DNA of 43,025 bases from Dehalococcoidaceae bacterium (GTDB taxonomy: Bacteria; Chloroflexota; Dehalococcoidia; Dehalococcoidales; CSSed11-197). The stretch lies in the NCBI GenBank assembly GCA_016928015.1, contig JAFGLQ010000059.1:1-43025 (forward strand). Direction: 5' to 3'. The position numbers and the translations under genes were made by a program. A model generated the notes under the pieces. The model was not told where the DNA came from and made no database searches. It saw only the letters and a list, made by a program, of their open reading frames with translations. This document shows, piece after piece, positions 1-9,680 of this stretch. Every line of letters starts with the position of its first letter. The stretch's first letter is position 1.

Positions 1-5
1 AAACA

Positions 6-32
6 AGAGGACGGCTTTTTAAGCCGTCCTCT
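6..32 (-). terminator. Stem-loop downstream of the 28-aa ORF / SPFH unit (putative intrinsic terminator)
   Basis: 10-bp inverted repeat agaggacggc (6-15) / gccgtcctct (23-32) with a 7-nt loop. It lies about 35 nt past the stop of the minus-strand small ORF. The minus-strand U-tract cannot be judged fully because the window ends. Confidence 0.45.
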
Positions 33-66
33 TTCTATGTTTATAATTTAGGATTTAGGCTACAGC

Positions 67-153
67 TTAAACCCGGGCAAACACCACCACATAGTTGTGG
101 CCGTACTTCTTGGCGCATTTCGGGCAGCATTGTTCGTTATCTCGTTCGGTCAT
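67..153 (-). CDS. 28-aa Cys-rich peptide MTERDNEQCCPKCAKKYGHNYVVVFARV (unannotated; below the ORF-track cutoff)
   Basis: Hand translation. ATG at 153-151 is preceded by AAGGGGG with a 5-nt spacer. It starts 20 nt after the SPFH stop on the same strand, ends in TAA at 69-67, and is followed by the hairpin at 6-32. Confidence 0.5.
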   Translation of the reverse strand: MTERDNEQCCPKCAKKYGHNYVVVFARV

Positions 154-173
154 TTTACCCCCTTAGCGCCGGG

Positions 174-1091
174 CTAATCTTTCGACTGCTCCCCGGTAGC
201 GGAATCAGCCGCCAGCAGCGCGTTTAATACCTGCTGCTGAAAATCGCCGACTGCTCCCGGCGAATGGGGAATCATTATGGTGTTGTTGCGCGAATGCCTG
301 CCGACATCGGTGAGCATGTCGTAGTACTGGGTAAGCAGCACCAGCGACATTACGTCTTTGGCATCCACCCCTTTTATTGCATGCTGGAAATCCTCCACGG
401 ATTCCTTGAGACCCTTGACTATGGCAATTCTCTGGTTGGCGATGCCGATACCGGAAAGTTCCTTGCTCTTGGCGTCCGCTTCGGCGGCTTTAACTACCAG
501 GATTTTTTCGGCTTCACCCTTGTGTTCGGCGGCGACCCGCATTCTTTCCTGGGCGTTGATTTCGTTCATGGCGGTGGCTACCTTTGAATCGGGAACAATA
601 TCGTTAACCAGGGCTGTCTTAATGAAGTAACCGAATTCGGGCATAATTTCGCCCAGTTTTTCCTCGATATCCTGGGCTATGTCTTCCTTCCTTTCAAATA
701 CCTCATCCAGTTTCATGTGGGGGACCTTGGCCCGGACCGTATCGAAAACAAAAGATTCCATTTGAACGTAAGGGTTGGTAAGTTTATAAAAGGCGTCCCA
801 TACCTTTTCTTTGGTCACGTAATACTGAACCGCAATCAGAAGATCGACAAACACGTTGTCCTGCGTTTTGGTTTTGACCTCTACGTTGAGCTCCTGTACC
901 CTGATGGAAACCCGGCCGGCCACCCTTTCAACAAGCGGCCATTTGAAGTGAAGGCCCGGGCCGGTAATCCTGGAATATTTGCCGAATCTTTCTATAACGG
1001 CAAAAGTCTGCTGCTTGACGGTGTAAAAAGAAAGCAGGATAAGCAAAAATCCCAGCGTACCCAGAATGGCGCCTAAAATCGGTCCTGTCAT
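174..1091 (-). CDS. SPFH/band-7 (stomatin/prohibitin-like) membrane protein
   Basis: 305-aa ORF. N-terminal TM helix (ILGAILGTLGFLLILLSFY) is followed by sequence typical of SPFH domains. AGGAGA SD lies 8 nt upstream of the ATG. Confidence 0.85.
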   Translation of the reverse strand: MTGPILGAILGTLGFLLILLSFYTVKQQTFAVIERFGKYSRITGPGLHFKWPLVERVAGRVSIRVQELNVEVKTKTQDNVFVDLLIAVQYYVTKEKVWDAFYKLTNPYVQMESFVFDTVRAKVPHMKLDEVFERKEDIAQDIEEKLGEIMPEFGYFIKTALVNDIVPDSKVATAMNEINAQERMRVAAEHKGEAEKILVVKAAEADAKSKELSGIGIANQRIAIVKGLKESVEDFQHAIKGVDAKDVMSLVLLTQYYDMLTDVGRHSRNNTIMIPHSPGAVGDFQQQVLNALLAADSATGEQSKD

Positions 1092-1228
1092 AAGAACTTT
1101 CTCCTGTAGTTATTTATTATTCGGTGTCCATTATACTCCAAAAGTCAAAGCCATGAAGCCTTGCTCCGGTAATATTCTTGTTTGAGTTAACACGCCGGGT
1201 CGCAATACTTTCCTGGAGAAAATCGCTG

Positions 1229-1260
1229 AAAAAAGGGAAGGCGCTGATGTCAGCGCCTTC
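1229..1260 (-). terminator. Rho-independent terminator of the repeat-protein gene
   Basis: Stem gaaggcgctg (1237-1246) / cagcgccttc (1251-1260) with a 4-nt loop. On the minus strand it is followed by CCCUUUUUU. It lies 25 nt after the stop at 1285. Confidence 0.8.
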
Positions 1261-1284
1261 GCAAATCAAAAATGCCTGAAAACC

Positions 1285-3000
1285 TTATTTGTTCTTGCCT
1301 TTACCCACCGCCGGCTGGCCCGGTTCCTTGTTCAAACCGGGGGCAGCTGCCTTGCCTGTGCCTTCAGCCGGCTGGCCGGGTTCTTTGTTCTTGCCCGGGG
1401 CTTCGTCGTTGCCGTTTTCAGCTCCCGGTGCTTCATCGTTGCCCTGCACTGCCGCCTGGGTCTTGGAAGGAACTATTTTGATTGAATCGGTGCCGGTGAA
1501 TGCTGTACCGCCGGTAGTTTCACCGGTAAGCGTAGCTGATGTGTCCTCTGCGGCGATACCGGTTTCCTGGGTCCTGAAGTGCAGGATTAAATCCAGGTCG
1601 CCGTCTTCATCCACATCCTCGAGAGCGGAATGTGCCGGCGAAGCTTCAGCCGGGCCGAATTTTACGTTCGCCACGTCAACCTCAGCCGCATCGAAGCCCT
1701 CGGTGGTATAAATCGCCACCGGTATCACGCCCTTGCTGGTGAGGTTGACCGGGTTATCGTCACTGCCGGGTTTCACGTCGATACCGGCGTCGTAACTTAA
1801 AATATCTATGCCGATTTCAGCTTCCACTGGATCGCCGGTATCGATACCATCAAAAGGTGTGCAGATTACTTTAACTGTATCACCCAGAGTAAAATTGGCG
1901 CTTTCAAGTGTGCTGGTTGTGGCTCCATCTATGTTCAGCCAGGCGGCGGTCGCTTCATCCCACTTTTGCCACTGCCACTGGTAGCCTTCCGGGTCCCCAT
2001 CGGCGTCAGTCCAGCCCGTGGGAGCGGCTGTCAGTACAGAATCGGTGGTGGGCTGGTCGGGAGTTACTGTAATCCCGACAACTGCCGGAGGGCTGTTGGA
2101 TATAGTGATTTCGTCTTCCACCGGGACCCCTGCGACCTCATCGACAGACGGGGTACAAACCACTCTGATCTGATCGCCCTTAATGAAATGAGAACTCTCA
2201 AGTGTAGTTCCGGTTTCTCCGGTGATATCTACCCAGTCGGCACCGTCCCATTTATACCACTGGTAGCCGAACTCCAGGACTCCCTCGGTTGGTACCGGCC
2301 AGTGTTCGGTTGTTGCCGTGAGGTCGGTGTTGGTATAAGCCGGGTCCGGCGCAATTTCCACGGTGCCGTCAATGATGGTAATCTCGGCATACACCGGGTT
2401 CCCCGTATCCGGGGTGCAAACTATCCGGTATTGGTCACCAACCGCAAAGCCTGTACTCGCCAGCGTTTCACTGACCGCACCGGAAATATCTACCCAGTCG
2501 GCTCCATCCCATTTCTGCCATTGGTATATGAGAGACGGTTCTTCTTCACCGGGTTTTACCCAGTGCTGCGGCACCGCGGTCAAATCGGTATCTATATGAG
2601 CCGGTGAAGGTGTGATGTCAACAGTACCGCCCGAGATGGTAATGACATCTTCCGCGGGATTTCCGCTCTCCGTTCCGTCGAACGGCGTGCAAATGACCTT
2701 GATTTGATCGCCGATAGCATAGCTGCTGTTTGCCAGTGTGTTGGTTTCAGCACCGGTGATATCCACAAAAGCTGTACCGTCCCATACCTGCCACTGCCAT
2801 TCATACCCCTCGAGGTCGTCGTCAGCATCCGTCCAGCCTGAAGGTACCGCTGTCAGGTTGGTATCGGTATATGCCGGGTCCGGTGTAATCTCGACACCGG
2901 TTATGGATGGGGCAGCCGCCAGCACCGGTATGGTGGCTATAAGGCTCAGGCATACCAGAGATGCCGCCGCAACCGCCAGTATTTTTTTGATTAACATCAT
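1285..3000 (-). CDS. Secreted/cell-surface protein with four tandem ~90-aa beta-type modules, a C-terminal beta domain and a Lys/Pro/Gly-rich tail
   Basis: Start moved to ATG 3000, which has an AAGGAG SD about 8 nt upstream. The 38 extra codons in the track ORF lack an SD. Signal peptide MMLIKKILAVAAASLVCLSLIATIPVLAAAP. Repeats carry Y.WQ.WDG..W..I.GA...TL....F..GD...V.CTP. The tail has NDEAPG and NKEPGQPA repeats. Confidence 0.85.
   Translation of the reverse strand: MMLIKKILAVAAASLVCLSLIATIPVLAAAPSITGVEITPDPAYTDTNLTAVPSGWTDADDDLEGYEWQWQVWDGTAFVDITGAETNTLANSSYAIGDQIKVICTPFDGTESGNPAEDVITISGGTVDITPSPAHIDTDLTAVPQHWVKPGEEEPSLIYQWQKWDGADWVDISGAVSETLASTGFAVGDQYRIVCTPDTGNPVYAEITIIDGTVEIAPDPAYTNTDLTATTEHWPVPTEGVLEFGYQWYKWDGADWVDITGETGTTLESSHFIKGDQIRVVCTPSVDEVAGVPVEDEITISNSPPAVVGITVTPDQPTTDSVLTAAPTGWTDADGDPEGYQWQWQKWDEATAAWLNIDGATTSTLESANFTLGDTVKVICTPFDGIDTGDPVEAEIGIDILSYDAGIDVKPGSDDNPVNLTSKGVIPVAIYTTEGFDAAEVDVANVKFGPAEASPAHSALEDVDEDGDLDLILHFRTQETGIAAEDTSATLTGETTGGTAFTGTDSIKIVPSKTQAAVQGNDEAPGAENGNDEAPGKNKEPGQPAEGTGKAAAPGLNKEPGQPAVGKGKNK
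1801..2904 (-). repeat. Four in-frame tandem coding repeats (93, 87, 97 and 91 aa) inside the secreted protein
   Basis: Module boundaries were counted from the translation. Modules 1 and 4 share GWTDAD.D.EGY.WQWQ and VICTPFDG..G.P.E. Modules 2 and 3 share HW..P and WDGADWVDI[ST]G. The arrangement is therefore A-B-B-A. Confidence 0.8.
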
Positions 3001-3248
3001 TTTTACTGTCTCCTTGTGTTTTATCGTGGGCAAATTATAACTCAGTTGAACCGGGAATAAATGAGACGAAAGTAACATACGGGCATGGTAATTTCGTTTA
3101 CAGGCGTTTAACACGTGATGCTGTAAGTTTAAACCGGGCGGTTTATCAAGCCGGCAGAAAAATTAACACAACTGTAACACGGCTTTAATCCTCTTGTAAT
3201 ACGCACCCTCTATCATGGCTTTATTAAAAAACTGGAAGGAGGGGGCGT

Positions 3249-4658
3249 TTGAATTTTTCAAAATTATTTAGATGCTTCAAAAAGGCAGTACTGGCATGTC
3301 TTGCGGTCTGCGGTTTATTTGTCAGTGATGGCGGTGCGGTTTTTGCCGCCGATCCTACCGGCGCTGAAACTCTGGCAGCCGATCCCGGGCTGGCGCTGGA
3401 TTTTGTCTGGGTTCTGATTGCGGCTTTCCTGGTATTTCTCATGCAGGGAGGGTTTGCCATGGTCGAGGCAGGCCTGTGCCGTGCCAAGAACGCGGTAAAC
3501 CTTATGATGAAAAACCTGATGGATTTTTCCATCGGCTCGCTGGCATTCTTTGCCGTCGGTTTTGCTATTATGTTCGGTGCCGATATCGGCGGTTTGTTCG
3601 GTTCGACCGGTTGGTTTCTGTCCGGTGATCATTACGATGTAAGCACCTATCTCCTGTTCATATTCCAGATGGTTTTTGCGGCGACCGCGGCTACCATAGT
3701 CTCGGGGGCGGTAGCCGAGCGCATAAAAATCCGGGCTTACCTGATTTATGCACTGGTGATTTGTGCCCTGATTTATCCTGTTTACGGCCACTGGGTCTGG
3801 GGTGGAGGCTGGCTGGCGAACCTCGACTTTGGCCTGGGGCACCTGGACTTTGCCGGATCCGGCGTTGTGCATGCAATGGGAGGGTTCATCGGCCTGGCCG
3901 GCGCCATTGTTCTGGGCCCCAGAATAGGCAAATACGGTAAAGACGGCAAGCCCAGGGCGATACCTGGCCACAACGTTGTCCTGGCGGCTCTGGGGACGTT
4001 CCTGCTGTGGTTCGGCTGGTTCGGTTTCAATGCCGGTTCCACGCTTTCAGCACATGAGCTGAGAATCTCTGTAATCGCGGTAAACACGGCACTTTCAGCT
4101 TCGGCTGGTTCCCTGACGGCGATGCTGGCGGTATATTTAAAGACCAGGAAGTGGGACGTGCCAATGGGGCTCAACGGCGCACTGGCCGGCCTGGTGGCGG
4201 TCACCGCGCCTTGTGCCTGGATAGAAGGCTGGGCGGCGGTTGTTATCGGCGCCATAGCCGGGGTAATGGTCGTGGGCGGAGTGTATCTACTGGAAAAATT
4301 AAAGGTAGATGACCCGGTTGGCGCAGTTAGTGTCCACGGTATCAACGGCGTCTGGGGGCTTCTGGCGGTCGGCCTTTTTGCCGACGGCACCTATGGCAAC
4401 TATACCTCCGAAGGCCCTCTTGCGACAGGCCTGTTCTATGGGGGTGGCTGGGAACAGCTGATTGCCCAGGGCATCGGCGCTGTAATCTGTGTTGGCTGGG
4501 CTTTTATGCTCGGTTTTATACTTTTCAAATCGATGGACAAGATATTCGGTATAAGGGTTTCTCCCCAGGAAGAAATCGAAGGCCTGGATATTATGGAACA
4601 CGGCGCCAAGGCTTATCCCGGGGTATCGATAAGCGAGGATATACGCTATGACTTATAA
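3249..4658 (+). CDS. amt: Ammonium transporter (Amt/MEP family)
   Basis: 469-aa polytopic ORF with the Amt signatures LDFAGSGVVHAMGG and VHGINGVWGLLAVGLFA (twin His). TTG start at 3249 follows a GGAGGGGG SD. N-terminal signal-like segment. A P-II gene follows. Confidence 0.9.
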   Translation: MNFSKLFRCFKKAVLACLAVCGLFVSDGGAVFAADPTGAETLAADPGLALDFVWVLIAAFLVFLMQGGFAMVEAGLCRAKNAVNLMMKNLMDFSIGSLAFFAVGFAIMFGADIGGLFGSTGWFLSGDHYDVSTYLLFIFQMVFAATAATIVSGAVAERIKIRAYLIYALVICALIYPVYGHWVWGGGWLANLDFGLGHLDFAGSGVVHAMGGFIGLAGAIVLGPRIGKYGKDGKPRAIPGHNVVLAALGTFLLWFGWFGFNAGSTLSAHELRISVIAVNTALSASAGSLTAMLAVYLKTRKWDVPMGLNGALAGLVAVTAPCAWIEGWAAVVIGAIAGVMVVGGVYLLEKLKVDDPVGAVSVHGINGVWGLLAVGLFADGTYGNYTSEGPLATGLFYGGGWEQLIAQGIGAVICVGWAFMLGFILFKSMDKIFGIRVSPQEEIEGLDIMEHGAKAYPGVSISEDIRYDL

Positions 4659-4703
4659 ATATAAGAATACCGGTACATTTTCCCAAAAGAAGGGGTGGTT
4701 ATT

Positions 4704-5054
4704 ATGAGTATGCGCAAAATCGAGGCAATTATACGCCCTGAGAAGTTGAGTGCGGTTACCGAGGCATTGAGAAAACTGGGTTACCCGGGCCTCACCATAA
4801 CCGAAGTAAGGGGTCACGGTAAACAAAAGGGGTTGATCCAGCAGTGGCGCGGGCGCGAGTACAGGATAGAGTTTTTGCCCAAGGTGAAAATCGACATGGT
4901 TATTCCGGCTGATGGCAAACTGTTGGATCAAATCCTGGAGGCTATAGCTGATGCTGCCGGTACCGGTGAAGCCGGAGACGGCAAGGTGTTCATATGGCCG
5001 ATAGAAGATGTGATGCGGATACGAACCCGGGAGCGCGGGCCCGGCGCTGTTTAA
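4704..5054 (+). CDS. glnK: P-II nitrogen regulatory protein (GlnK-type, linked to amt)
   Basis: MSMRKIEAIIRPEKL...GHGKQKG...REYRIEF...GKVFIWPIEDVMRIRT is typical P-II. ATG 4704 was chosen because AAGGGGTGG lies 7 nt upstream. The track start at 4695 is a GTG inside that SD. Confidence 0.9.
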   Translation: MSMRKIEAIIRPEKLSAVTEALRKLGYPGLTITEVRGHGKQKGLIQQWRGREYRIEFLPKVKIDMVIPADGKLLDQILEAIADAAGTGEAGDGKVFIWPIEDVMRIRTRERGPGAV

Positions 5055-5077
5055 GCAGGGCTACCATTGAGTTGGTT

Positions 5078-5115
5078 CAGCCATGGCGAAGCAGTTTCGC
5101 CATGGCTGAATTTTT
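5078..5115 (+). terminator. Rho-independent terminator of amt-glnK
   Basis: 13-bp stem cagccatggcgaa (5078-5090) / ttcgccatggctg (5096-5108), 5-nt loop, then AAUUUUU. Confidence 0.85.
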
Positions 5116-5218
5116 CCCGGAGAATAAGTTTTAATTTTCAATCGGTGTAAATGTACCCCAGGTGGGTTTAAAATGGATGTACAGGGCTGGTGATGCACTG
5201 CTGTGAAGGAGGAGTAAC

Positions 5219-5965
5219 ATGAAACGTTCCGAAATCGCTCTATTGGCGATAATTCTGGTGGCTGTTTCCGTGCTGACTTACTTTATCCACTATTTGATAT
5301 TCAGGGACCCGCACCATATTTTCATATTCCTGGTAGGAGACGTTGCCTTTGTATTCCTGGAGGTGTTTCTGGTCGGGCTGGTTATAGAAAGGATGCTGGC
5401 AAGGCGGGAAAAACGGGCCATGCTTTCCAAGCTAAATATGATCGCCGGGGCGTTTTTCAGCGAGGTAGGCAACAAGCTTCTGGCGAAACTTCTTGAATGT
5501 TACCCTGAAAGCGACCGGATTTGCCCTTGCCTGAGCGTCTCCGCTGAATGGACTGGTACAGATTATAAAAAAGCCTTGAATTATATCCGCAATCTGACCC
5601 AGAAACCGCGTTGTGCAGAAGCCCGCCTTGATGATATAAAGGACTTTCTTACAGACAAAAGGCCTTTTATCCTGCGTCTGCTGGAAAATCCGAATGTGCT
5701 TGAACACGAACAGGGTTCCAGCTTGATATGGGCCGTTTTGCATCTTACCGAAGAACTTGAAGCCAGGTCTTCACTCGGCGATTTGCCGGAATCCGATCTT
5801 GAATACCTGGATTTAAGCATTCATCGTGTCTACCGCCTGGTGGCGGAGGAATGGATTAATTATATGCAGTACCTTGAGCCAAACCATCCATTCCTGTTTT
5901 CGCTGATTGTAAGAATACATCCGTTTCAGCAGCGGCCTTCGCCCACGGTAGCCGGCGGCGGATAG
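5219..5965 (+). CDS. Membrane protein with two TM helices and no pore loop, plus a ~180-aa cytoplasmic module paralogous to that of the adjacent K+ channel
   Basis: 248-aa ORF with a GGAGGAG SD upstream. TM1 is IALLAIILVAVSVLTYFIHYLIF and TM2 is IFIFLVGDVAFVFLEVFLVGLVI. The C-terminal region aligns by eye with 6078-6899 (FFSEVGN.LL, ILRLLENP, HLTEELEAR, LPESDLEYL, RVY). Confidence 0.8.
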   Translation: MKRSEIALLAIILVAVSVLTYFIHYLIFRDPHHIFIFLVGDVAFVFLEVFLVGLVIERMLARREKRAMLSKLNMIAGAFFSEVGNKLLAKLLECYPESDRICPCLSVSAEWTGTDYKKALNYIRNLTQKPRCAEARLDDIKDFLTDKRPFILRLLENPNVLEHEQGSSLIWAVLHLTEELEARSSLGDLPESDLEYLDLSIHRVYRLVAEEWINYMQYLEPNHPFLFSLIVRIHPFQQRPSPTVAGGG

Positions 5966-6077
5966 AATGAAACCCCGGTCTTGTAACCTGATGCCGAAAC
6001 CGTTATATTGTTCATATTTCCGGCGGCCGGATAAACGGCCGGAAACAGCCCCGGCGTTTTAAGGAATTGGTAAATCT

Positions 6078-6899
6078 ATGAAGACAATGATTTTAAGACT
6101 AGCCAGTCTCTTCGCACTGCTCTCCGCGCTGGCGCTGGTCGGTGCTTTCGCGTTCATGATTACCGAAGACATCGGCTTTTTCGATGCCCTGTACTTTACC
6201 GTAGTCACCATCTCGACGGTGGGTTACGGGGATATCAGCCCCCAGACAACTGCTGGCAGGTTCCTGGCTATGGGAATGGTTGTGCTGGGAGTGGCTATTT
6301 TCCTGGCGGTTGTGGCTGAGGTGGCACAACTGTTGCTTAGTACCAGGCAGGAAAAACTGCGCAAACAACGCGTACACATGCTGATCGGCCTGTTTTTTTC
6401 TGAAATAGGCAACGAATTGCTCAGGTATTGCGTTTCAATCGATCCCCAAAAGGTTTTCCTGGAACAAAACATCAAGATAGATCACAACCTTCCGGACAAT
6501 AGTTTTAAGTTGATCGAAAAGACATTGTTGCAGCACCAGGGTAATATCAGCGTCGACGATTTGAACATCTCCAAACTCAAGCAAATGGTGTGGCCGCGGG
6601 GTGAATTAATTTTAAGATTCCTTGAAAACCCGAGCCTGCAGGAAAATGAGATATTCACCGATTTGCTCAGGTCCGTTTTTCACCTGCGGGAAGAACTTGG
6701 AGCCAGGCCTGAAATTGCCGGCCTGCCACGCTCGGATATCGAACATCTGGCCGGTGACCTCAAGCGGGTGTATGTATTGCTGCCGGGTTTGTGGCTGGTA
6801 TATATGTATTACTTGAAAACAAAATACAGTTATTTGTATTCTATGGCAATCAGGACCAATCCGTTCTGTCCGGAAAAATCGGTAGTTATAGAAAAGTAG
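6078..6899 (+). CDS. Two-TM (KcsA-like) potassium channel with an unrecognised C-terminal cytoplasmic module
   Basis: M1 helix, pore helix plus selectivity filter TVVTISTVGYGDISP, and M2 helix. No RCK/TrkA or cNMP motifs were seen. The C-terminal ~180 aa are homologous to ORF 5219-5965. Confidence 0.85.
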   Translation: MKTMILRLASLFALLSALALVGAFAFMITEDIGFFDALYFTVVTISTVGYGDISPQTTAGRFLAMGMVVLGVAIFLAVVAEVAQLLLSTRQEKLRKQRVHMLIGLFFSEIGNELLRYCVSIDPQKVFLEQNIKIDHNLPDNSFKLIEKTLLQHQGNISVDDLNISKLKQMVWPRGELILRFLENPSLQENEIFTDLLRSVFHLREELGARPEIAGLPRSDIEHLAGDLKRVYVLLPGLWLVYMYYLKTKYSYLYSMAIRTNPFCPEKSVVIEK

Positions 6900-6929
6900 C
6901 CGTTCGCGGATCGTTATAAACAGGCAGCA

Positions 6930-7424
6930 ATGAGAAAAATATCGAACAAACTTCTGGCAGAATACCTGGGCCGCAGCTACGGGGTGGTGGACGGGTTGTG
7001 GTTTATGAAAGTCGAGGAAAGATACGGATTCGAAGCTGCCCTGGAACTGGACCGGCAGGTCTGGGAGGTTTTGCCCAAAATACAGGCCCGCATGCTCAAG
7101 CGAATGCTGAACCTGGACGGCGGCATCGAAGGGTTGCGGGAGAGCCTGGAGGTACGCCTGGGCATCGATGGCTTCGAGTTCGAAACCGGTAAACCGGCAC
7201 GGGACGCTTTTCAGATAATAATCTCTCGCTGCCCGTGGCATGCCCTGATGGTGAAATCGGGCAGGGCCCACCTGGCAGGCAGGGTCGGTGACGTGGTATG
7301 CCGGGCGGATTACTCTGCCTGGACGCGGGAATTCGGAGAGAAACTGGGTTTCGGCCTGGAGAGTCAGATTTGCAATGGGGCGGAGCGTTGCATTATGAAT
7401 TTCGAAAAAACTACGGTGGTTTGA
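6930..7424 (+). CDS. 164-aa Cys-containing cytoplasmic protein of uncertain function (possibly ATC-hydrolase-like/DUF family)
   Basis: ORF starts 30 nt after the channel gene on the same strand. The pattern LWF...CPWH...C.AD...F...C..G...C..NF recalls the small L-2-amino-thiazoline-4-carboxylate hydrolase-like family. That recollection is unverified. Confidence 0.65.
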   Translation: MRKISNKLLAEYLGRSYGVVDGLWFMKVEERYGFEAALELDRQVWEVLPKIQARMLKRMLNLDGGIEGLRESLEVRLGIDGFEFETGKPARDAFQIIISRCPWHALMVKSGRAHLAGRVGDVVCRADYSAWTREFGEKLGFGLESQICNGAERCIMNFEKTTVV

Positions 7425-7445
7425 GTTCGGATATCGGGACAATAC

Positions 7446-7482
7446 AAACGCGGCTGTTTCGAAACAGCCGCGTTTGGTTTTT
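7446..7482. terminator. Bidirectional terminator between convergent 6930-7424 and groEL
   Basis: Perfect 30-nt palindrome aaacgcggctgtttc/gaaacagccgcgttt (7446-7475), followed by GGUUUUU on the plus strand. Confidence 0.8.
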
Positions 7483-7500
7483 ACCGGTTTGCACCGGGTA

Positions 7501-9144
<1,644 letters not shown>

Positions 9145-9157
9145 CTATTAATTTATT

Positions 9158-9451
9158 TTAGGCACGCTTCGCCAGAATGCTGCTTTCCGAAAGGATAACA
9201 AGCTCGTCACCATCGACCTTGATCTCGGTGCCGCCATACTTGGTGTAAAGGACGATATCGCCTGCTTTGATATCCATGGCCACCGGTTCGCCTTTTTCAT
9301 TGCGTTTGCCGGGGCCGACCGCCAGGACCTCTCCTTCCTGAGGTTTTTCTTTGGCGGTAGCCGGTAGGACAATGCCCCCTTTGGTCACCTCCTCGGCTTC
9401 TATTGGTTTGACCAGTACACGGTCTCCCAGGGGTTGGATTTTAACTGCCAT
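9158..9451 (-). CDS. groES: Co-chaperonin GroES (Cpn10)
   Basis: [21 protein letters not shown]... (97 aa). ATG 9451 has a GAGGAGG SD. The longer track ORF would begin inside the CIRCE/promoter region. Confidence 0.95.
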   Translation of the reverse strand: MAVKIQPLGDRVLVKPIEAEEVTKGGIVLPATAKEKPQEGEVLAVGPGKRNEKGEPVAMDIKAGDIVLYTKYGGTEIKVDGDELVILSESSILAKRA

Positions 9452-9501
9452 TCTCAATTCCTCCTCTTTGTAGATTTGTTTATTACAATCAAGGCAATTA
9501 T

Positions 9502-9528
9502 TTAGCAGTCTCCGCATGAGACTGCTAA
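9502..9528 (-). promoter_or_regulatory. CIRCE-type (HrcA) operator
   Basis: TTAGCAGTC-N9-GACTGCTAA is a perfect 9-bp inverted repeat with a 9-nt spacer (consensus TTAGCACTC-N9-GAGTGCTAA). It sits directly downstream of the groES promoter -10. Confidence 0.85.
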
Positions 9529-9533
9529 ATAAT

Positions 9534-9562
9534 ATAATAACCTAAATTAAGAAGTCTTGCAA
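9534..9562 (-). promoter_or_regulatory. Sigma70-type promoter of groES-groEL
   Basis: On the minus strand: TTGCAA (9562-9557), 17-nt spacer, TATTAT (9539-9534). Confidence 0.75.
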
Positions 9563-9680
9563 CAGGGAATTGGACCGGGCTACGTTCAATAAAGCGGTTC
9601 TGCATGGACGAAAGATAAAAAATATTGCCCGGAATTCACAATTTTGCCAGTTTTGGGCAGTTTTTATCGTTTTGGCCCCG

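Noticed and set aside
3315-4390. 218-aa and 202-aa minus-strand ORFs inside amt
   Set aside because: They are antisense shadows of a clear Amt transporter. The translations are Pro/Arg/Gly-rich, typical of the non-coding frame of GC-biased genes.
6612-7442. 276-aa minus-strand ORF spanning the end of the K+ channel gene and all of 6930-7424
   Set aside because: It overlaps two plus-strand ORFs that have recognisable features (selectivity filter, paralogous domain, terminator logic). It has no SD or family resemblance.
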